In this document: in pieces, positions 53,491-64,000 of the stretch
Layout of the letters: each line of letters starts with the position of its first letter
Numbering within the stretch: position 1 is the stretch's first letter
Source of the DNA: Camelus dromedarius
Lineage: Eukaryota
NCBI RefSeq assembly: GCF_036321535.1
Contig: NC_087437.1
Location: forward strand, 45,696,001-45,760,000
Reading direction: 5' to 3'
Length of the DNA stretch: 64,000 nt
Notes under the pieces: model-generated
Database searches by the model: none
The model's input: only the letters and a program-made list of their open reading frames with translations
Told to the model about the DNA's origin: nothing
Program-made: the position numbers and the translations under genes

Positions 53491-54269
53491 TCCTTCATTC
53501 TTTTCTTAGTACCAGTGTTTGGTCTGAGTGTTGAATAAATTTAAGTCTCCTGTCCAAATATCAGAGCACACCTGGAGTAATACCAGGAAAAGACCCCCGT
53601 CCCAGGGCTGAGGTTCCCATTATTCTCACTCTGCACGTCCTTTAAGCAATCAATCTAGTATATAAATTCTCCCAAATCTCTGTCTCTAATTTTGTCTCCT
53701 TATATGCCCACTTCTGTCTCCTTGTGTTTGCCACCATTACTTCAAACCCTCCCACAAGCCAAATGAGTTTCAAAATAAATTCATTTTATACATAAAAGGA
53801 CTTTAATCTAATTGTGACAGTTATGTCTAGAGCTAAATTATGGTTGTTCTGTAAACTTATAAAGCCATAAAGGCTGAGTTTTCATAGAAAGTTCTACAGT
53901 TGGTCAAATGTAATAACCTAGAAGAGGAAGAGCTATTCACTGGGTCTTTTTGAGGGTCTGTCACCAAATTCCTGCAAATCAAATGTCAGAGTCTTTCCAT
54001 CAGACCAGAAAGAGAAACTGGAAAGCTGCAGGTGAACTGGACACCTGTGCTGTAAGGGGAGCTTGAGTTTAAAGGAAAAAGGAATTTTCCAGAAAGACAA
54101 GATAGCAACCAGAAGCCACTTGAATGTGAATTAGGCAGAAAGTTAAGGAGAAAGGAAGCTAAACAAGATCCCTATTAAGTTGTACCATCCCTTTGGGGTT
54201 AAAACCTAATTATCTTGGTTTGGATTATGAAAAAATTGGCCTCTTTGAAGTCAAGCAAGCTGAAAACAG

Positions 54270-56960
<2,691 letters not shown>

Positions 56961-57167
56961 TCTTTCAATTTTGAATCACATCTCAATAAATCTAAATGAT
57001 AACTACAAAAGTATTAAAACCTCTTGCCATGTATGAAATCTATGTCTTGTTCATTTCTCATGTTCTGCAGAAGTATGTAAGTAGTGGAGGCCATAATTTG
57101 GCTTTCAGTGCCATTGCTGATTTTCCATGCAAGTCACTAAGCATCCCTTAACATTCCCTGTTACTAC

Positions 57168-57686
57168 TGTAATAGAAAGAACAAATTTGACTCCACCTTA
57201 GATCTGCTCCTTTGACTTTAACCCTGTGCTCTGTTTCCCATGCTGAGTCTCATTGATTCTGCACCTTTTGTAAAAGAATGTTGTCTGTAGCCTAAAGTAT
57301 ATAGGAATGCCCATTCTCAAGGCTCTGACCTATAAGGGTGTAAGATTTTCCCATTCATATAAAGATAAAAAGTTGCAGAATAGAAAATAACATTTGTCTT
57401 GTTGGAGGTTTGAAGGAACACCACGAACTGACCTACCTGGACAGCTGCAAGAACAAAGGATTCCAATACCAAGGAGTCTGCAACAACCAACCACACCCTC
57501 TCCCCTTTTTAGCATAAAAGGAGACTGAATTCTGACTTGGGTAAGATGGTTCTCCAGGACATTAGTCTGCCATTTTCTCAGTCTGCTGGCTTTCCAAATA
57601 AAGTCATTATTCCTTGCCCCAACACCTCATCTCCCGATTTATTGGCCTGTCGTGCAGCGAGCAGAACCAGTTTGGACTTGGTAACA
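57168..57686 (+). mobile_element. ERV1-class solo LTR, copy 2
   Basis: colinear with 38733-39224; AATAAA at ~57597; TSD CTAC/CTAT. Confidence 0.9.
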
Positions 57687-58086
57687 CTATCTTCATTCTC
57701 CAAAATCAGAGTCTACACCAGTGTTTCCAATTATTTGTTGTCTCCTCCGTCATATTTAGCTTACATCTCAACCATATAATTTTGAGCTCTATCCTCACTC
57801 TATCCAAAACCTCACCATTCTAGGGTCTTAAGTTATGGTTCAAAAATCTAAATTCTATTTCAGCAACACCTTGCACATGGCCATCCAGGTGACATCAATG
57901 TTTTCCTCTTTCATGTATTTGTTCAGCACACACCTTAATACAACATACTGTAGTCATAACTGGGGTTATCACTGTGGAAAGACAAAGTCCCCATCCTCTA
58001 ATGAGAGTGCTCAAATAAATAAACATACCTATTAAGTTACCTTTTAATACTTGTCCATAATTCCATCCCCAGACAAGAAGAAATTA

Positions 58087-58890
58087 GGATACCGTCTGTG
58101 TACCTGAGTTCTTCCATTTCTTATGGGACCTCTACATCGTTACTCGCACATCTTCCCTGATAGACACAATCAACCTCACGTGAGTCAACAGTATGAGATA
58201 ATGGTTGGTCGGGCTGGACAAACTAGTGACACTGTGTGTCACATCTCATCTGTCTGCCCCAGGAGAACACTCTATGGCCTGAATAAGAAGATGCCAATCA
58301 CTGTTGGGCATCTCTCCCTCCACAACCTTGCAACAGGATTACCTGCATGGACTGGGACCTAATTATCTTACTGATCATCCTGTGGAGCATGGGATGCTAC
58401 CATTTCTTCATCAGATCCAAACTCCACTTTTCTGCCAAGGTCCCCTCCACATAGTATAACTCAAACTAAAGCATATGTTCCCAGCTTTCCCCTGTGTCAG
58501 AATCTGCCACTCACCTGTACTATTTCTCTCTCATTTCTTCATTAAAGCTTTCTTTCCTTCTCCCTTTATTACTGATTATTTCTTTCATTCTGACTGGCAA
58601 CCACTCATTATCTCTAACTAGTTAGAATTTTGAGAGCCCTGTGCTTTCTCCTTTACAAGAGAGTCAACTTTTTAAGGGAAAGCGAAATCCACATTCACCT
58701 TGGTGCAGCCCTTTATCCAGACTACTCCCTTACCACTGGCACCTCCCTTCACCTGGCGGCTCATAGGCAACAAGGAAACACCTTCGGAACTGATAGGAGA
58801 TGAGAAGGACAGAGATAATTGATACATCGCATAATTGGGCCGGGCCTCAGGCAGGAAGACAAACACCTTGCAGGCTTAGACACACACTTC
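58087..58890 (-). mobile_element. CR1/L3 ORF1 remnant (N-terminal zinc finger and SGNH esterase domain)
   Basis: ACKVFVFLPEARPNY at ~58830-58875; CSPGADR*DVTHSVTSLSSPTNHYLILLTHV and KKWKNSGTQTVS at 58087-58270, resembling recalled sauropsid CR1 ORF1. Confidence 0.7.
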
Positions 58891-60254
58891 TGCCCTAAGC
58901 ACACCTTGTAGATTGTTTCAGGAAGTAAACACCTTTACGGTTTCCCTTAGGAAATATCCCTTAAACTGCTGTAACTCATTGCTCACAGGCTCCCGGGAAC
59001 ATTGCCTTCAAAGAAACCATTAACATGGTCCCTTTCCTCTCACCCTCTGCCCTCTTCTGTTCAGAGCATGGTACCTAAACTAATTCTCATCAGTTCAAAG
59101 ATATCTTTATCTCCTTCAGCAACTGTAATGACAGAAAAAGGTAAATCTACAACACACTTCTCAATCACTCTTCCTGTCTCTTTTCTATCTGTTTGCTCCA
59201 GAGTTCTCAGAGTCAGTATAAATGTCTTCTCACAGCTTCAAAAAATTTTAAACATAACCCACCGTATATTATTCCTCCAAAAAATATAAGCAGGAGATAG
59301 AAAGTGGGTGGATATTCTATTTATGCATAGGTCTGGCATGAGCACGGAAGCCCTCTACCTTGCTTGTGTGCTCACCTGAGTCCAGGAAATAGAAGTGGAG
59401 ACAATAAAGGAAAGAGGCTGGCTGGGACCTTCCCATTGCTTAGCTGCTTGAAAAACTGGAATAGCCTGTCAAATATCCATTTCTAAGAATGCTTTCAAAT
59501 AGCTCAAACATTGTGCAAATTAGCAACAAGGGTGAGAACGAGATAAAAATTCAATATACAGATTCCCTCATGCCCTTTACAGACAACAGTGGAGTGACTC
59601 CCCTCTGCCCTATTTGAGGAAGAAGTCATAGACATTTTCCAAACTAAGGCATTAAATGAGATAGTTCAAAAATTCCAGTATTCACTCTGGGGAAATTCTC
59701 TATTTAAAATGATAGTAGAATCTCCATTTGCCTGTATAATAATCGGGATAGAGTCTATTGAGAATACTAGAAAGTTTGCAATTTGCAAAGCTTCCAGGAA
59801 AAAAAGAGGGAGGGTAAGTTAATGAAATCCTGTAAAACTACTCAAGATCTCCAATGGTAGTTACACAGCAAACACTCAAGTTTTCAGGTACATATTACAT
59901 ATCTGTTTTGTTAATATTTTATCATATTCCCAAAATATCATCAAGATAATTTGCTCCATCCATCACAGGTAGAAAGTCTGACCTGTAGCTGCTAGCAGCA
60001 TAAACAAAATGCTGCAACAGAGAGAAAAATTATTTACAAGAATTCTTCCACTTCCAATGAATGGTTCCTTAGTAATAATTCATTATGATTAATGTGCCAG
60101 GGAATGATCAAGTTACAAAAATATTCTAAATACTAAAAGGGTAAGGAATTTTAAGTACCAAGGGAAATCCTAGAAGAGAGACACACAAACCAATAAGGCT
60201 GGACTCTGCATGGACTCTATGAACAAAGAAAGGGGACACATCCCCCTTTCCATC

Positions 60255-60632
60255 TGTAGCCGCTTCCTAGGTCTGCCATAATACACACCACAGGGTGGGG
60301 TTTAAACAACAGAAATTCATTTTCTCTCTGTCTGGAGGCTAGGAGTCCATGATCAAGGTCAGCAGTGTTCTCTCCTGAGAGGCCTTTCTCCTAAGGCTGG
60401 TAGACGGCTGTCTTCTCACTGAGTTCTTACACGGTCCTCCTTCTGTACCTGTGTCTAAACTTTTTCTTCTTGTAAGGACACAAGTCATTCTGGATTAGAG
60501 TCCATCCCAATGACCTCATTTTAACTTAATTAACTTTTTAAAGACCGAACCTCCAAGTATAATCACATTCTGAGGTACTAGGGGTTAGGACTTGAATATA
60601 TGAATTTGGGAGGAAAAACTCAGCCCACAATA
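60255..60632 (-). mobile_element. MLT1A/B-type MaLR solo LTR
   Basis: taaacaacagaaattcatttt...tctggaggctaggagtccatgatcaagg; perfect 5-bp TSD CCATC. Confidence 0.88.
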
Positions 60633-62029
60633 CCATCCTCCAGCAGTGCAAGAGAGAAGATAATTCTGGAGAAGGGAAATGCCCTATAAGTATGTCAGTT
60701 GCCTGCTGCAGGACTGAGCTAATTCAAAGGAACAGACTGTCCAATCAGGCTCGCCTAAACCAGATATCTCCCCAGCATAAAGGTTCACCAATAATTTCAA
60801 GGATACAAGCAGCCAAAAGGCACAGCTGAAGCAGGAAAGGTTCCATAGGGTTTCCCCAGGTCCTTCCATCTTAATACTGGACATGTGCTGTCCAGCTCAG
60901 AGTGATAGTGAGATCTCTAATGAGGTACACAGGACATCGCAGCAAGAAACGTTTATGATACAGTTTATACCTAGCCTAAAGAACATTTTCTAGGGAGCCA
61001 TGACCCATAAATCCATATACCCTGAATTTGGTCACCATAATCAATCTTAAACCAGCAACATGAAGACTTTCTTCCTAGCAAATATCATGAATTCAGCTAC
61101 CAGAGGGTTCAGCTATCAGCATGCTCACAAGATTAGACCAGGTCACCTGCTTTGTTCCTTTCCTAAGAGCATCCTCACAGTAACAGGAAAGAAACAGATC
61201 TGGGCCAGAAGCTTTAACTTCTTTTTCCCCAGGGACCCAGTGAACTCACTCTTTTATTTCCCTACAGTCTTCAGTATGGTATACATTGCTCATTCATGTC
61301 AAAAATACTGTTTTGTAGAACATTTTACTGGGAAAAAATTAGTTCCATTATCTCTATGTGAAATAAGTGCATATTCAGACAGGAAATAAATATGTCTTGC
61401 TAAATGGCTGTATGTAAAGAGTGTTGTCACTGGTCTTCATATACATATACATATTATTTACATATTTAAATACACATATATTTAGGGTTCACCCCATTGA
61501 GGAAGCTATCTTGCCGTGGGCACCGATTAACTTTTACATCAAACACCTCCATTTTCTGGTAACTTCTTTCCCCTTTCCCAGCTATTTACATGATAACTGC
61601 AGTGGCACACCCTAACCCCCACCCCACCCCAACAAAATCTCTCCTCTAGAACCCAGCCCCCAGCCAAGTTAATCAATCATTCTACAGGTGGACACCTGAT
61701 CTGAGCTGATGCAGAACCCCTTCCCTGAGAAAGAAATTCCAGCTTTAATCTTTGATTTTCTCTTGGACTCAGTGGTTGTCATCAGCCACTTTTCTGCTAT
61801 TTACAAGAAAACCAATTCCACAGCTAAAGAAGTAATCAAATGCCCTGGGAGGAGCACAGGAGAGAGCTGTGAGGCACGCCAACCCTGCTTCCAAGCCATC
61901 CTGGGCAAGGATCTGCCCTTGGGTGTAACAACTGTGCCTAGATTCTTAAAAAAATAAATAAATAAATAAATTTCTTCCCTTAAAAAATATTTTCTGTGGC
62001 TTTCTACCAAACGAATCCTAACATATACC

Positions 62030-62210
62030 TATAGACTTATGTTACAATTCTGGCACTGCCACTTACTGATTTATGAGAACTTAAATCATTTATCCTCTCC
62101 AAGTTGAAGCTTGTTTATTGATAAAATAGGGGCAATACTATTTACCTTACAAGTTTGTTTTGTAAATTAAATATTAAAGTTTCATGGACTGTAGTATGCT
62201 CTCTGTAAAT
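62030..62210 (+). mobile_element. MIR SINE
   Basis: ttctggcactgccacttact...taaaataggggcaatactatttaccttac. Confidence 0.6.
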
Positions 62211-62689
62211 GGCAGAAGTTAGTGGAGACCGATATTTCCAGCTGCCACCCTTCAGATCCACCACAGTGTTCACACTGAGGCCACACTTCCTCCTGGTTGC
62301 TCCCAGCCAATGACTGAGCTTGACGGGGACTACTAGAGCCGGGCCACTACTGTTTAATGCAGGAGTCTTCCAATGTGCAGTCTTTGCTCAAGGACTTCCC
62401 GTCAGCCTGATCAAAACTTTCTCAGCAATACATTGTGGTCTGAGATTCTTCCCACTGAATCTTTGCTTTCCTCTTTCCCTCCACAAATCCCGAAACTGCA
62501 TTATCACCTAAAGGCTCTACCCTCTAACTCCTGTTCTTTCCCCTTTCTGCCTTCACTGGCATCTCCGCCAAACCAAAAAAAATCTCAGTCATATCAACAT
62601 CTCAACCATGTTGACATCTGCTGCTCAAAGGATCTGAATTGACACAATGGGACTATGCTGAGGTACTTAAATCTACTGATAAAGCACTA

Positions 62690-62803
62690 TTTTGAGGGGA
62701 AGGTAACTAGGTTTATTTATTTTTATTTTTTTTTTAATAGCGGTACTGGGGATTGAACCCATGCTAAGCATGTGCTTTACCACTGGGCAATACCCTCCCT
62801 CCT
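62690..62803 (-). mobile_element. Vic-1-type SINE with a small internal deletion
   Basis: ggtactggggattgaaccc/atgctaagcatgtgctttaccactgggcaatacc; perfect 13-bp TSD TGATAAAGCACTA (62677-62689 / 62804-62816). Confidence 0.88.
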
Positions 62804-63435
62804 TGATAAAGCACTACTGGTGTTGTAAATACACACCCCATCCTATACCAGAGCAGCCATCCCTAAATGTTCTTGGCTCTCAGTCTCTGGCTGAGCCCAG
62901 ACATGATCTCACACTTCTCTTCAAATACACATTAGCCATCAAATGACCTGAGCTGGTATATTTACAGGGTAGATCTGACATTAACTTTTAATTTCTACTA
63001 AGAAACTGATGAAACTTTTGGCCAGGAATGACTAAGGAAAATGTCTCTGCCTTGCTTCCTTTCCAGATCTCTTTCAGCTTTCCTTGTGACATGTCTGTGT
63101 CTTTCACTACAACTTCTTTTGCCCCAGGCCATTATAAACCCCAAACCAGTCTGCTCTAATCAGTACAGTACATTTATTAAACCTTACTGTTTGTGGACTT
63201 TCATTTTTATATGTCATCTAAATTGTAGATCTCAGTGCAACTTCTCCTAACGTCCCATTAAAAATACATATGAAATTACAGAAAAAATTAAAATACCTAA
63301 CACAGAAAATCTAATAATATCAATTTATTGCTAATCTGAAAAGAACTTGTACAAACTGTAAGAGCTATAAAACAATTCAGAATCAAAACTGAAGGGAAAA
63401 TGCATGATTCTATACTGACCCAGAGCATAGCACTC

Positions 63436-63838
63436 TTTTTTTTTTATTGAAGTATAGTCAGTTTACAATGTTGTCAATTTCTAGTGTACAGCATAATGTT
63501 TCAGTCATACACATACATATATTCCTTTTCATATTTTTTCATGATAGGTTACTACAAGATATTGAATATCGTTCCCTGTGCTATACAGTAGCAACTCGTT
63601 TATTTATTTTATATATAGTAGTTAGTATCTGTAAACCTGGAACTCCTAGTTTATTCCTTTCCACCTCTTTTCCCTCTGGTAACCATTAAGTTTGTTTTCT
63701 ATGTCTGTGAGTTTGTTTCTGTTTTGCAAATGAGTTCATTTGTGTCATTTTTTAAGATTACACATATAAGTGAAATCATATGGTATTTTTCTTTCTCTTT
63801 CTGGCTTACGTCACTTAGTATGACAATTTCCAGGTCCA
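63436..63838 (-). mobile_element. L1 3' end, similar 3' UTR type to 15848-18858
   Basis: T tail then attgaagtatagtcagtttacaatgttgtc; TSD catagcactctt/catatcactctt. Confidence 0.9.
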
Positions 63839-64000
63839 AACATATCACTCTTGACAAAGGAAGGGAGACACTTTGCGCGCCCCATGGCTCAAAGTCCTAG
63901 GGTCCGAACCACTTGGGTACAATCCCGTGGGTACTGCTTTTGAAGTGGCCGCTATAAAAGCTTCTCCCTTAGTTACTATCTTAGTTAATAACTCCCCTCC

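Noticed and set aside
58505..58655. Coding exon ending at a strong minus-strand donor CAG|gtgagt
   Set aside because: All three frames contain stops; it lies within the CR1 ORF1 remnant. A non-coding exon is not excluded.

Overview
Mammalian non-coding DNA, AT-rich and CpG-depleted. It is most likely camelid: three tRNA-derived Vic-1-type SINEs are present, and I saw no ruminant, pig, primate or rodent SINEs. I found no protein-coding exon I can recognise. The ORF track is explained by decayed LINE ORFs, LTRs, microsatellites and chance. The window is a layered fossil record of L1 fragments, solo LTRs (most with readable TSDs), MIR/L2, and MER53/MER58 DNA transposons, with a few repeat-free islands that look like enhancers. 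The most notable object is an ancient, apparently near full-length CR1/L3 LINE on the minus strand (~54.3-58.9 kb). It retains colinear traces of the ORF1 zinc finger, ORF1 SGNH esterase, ORF2 endonuclease, RT and 3' end. Repeat orientation hints that the window lies in a long intron of a minus-strand gene. I do not see convincing evidence of a new biological system. Repeat family names come from recalled consensus sequences, not a database search, and boundaries of old repeats are approximate.
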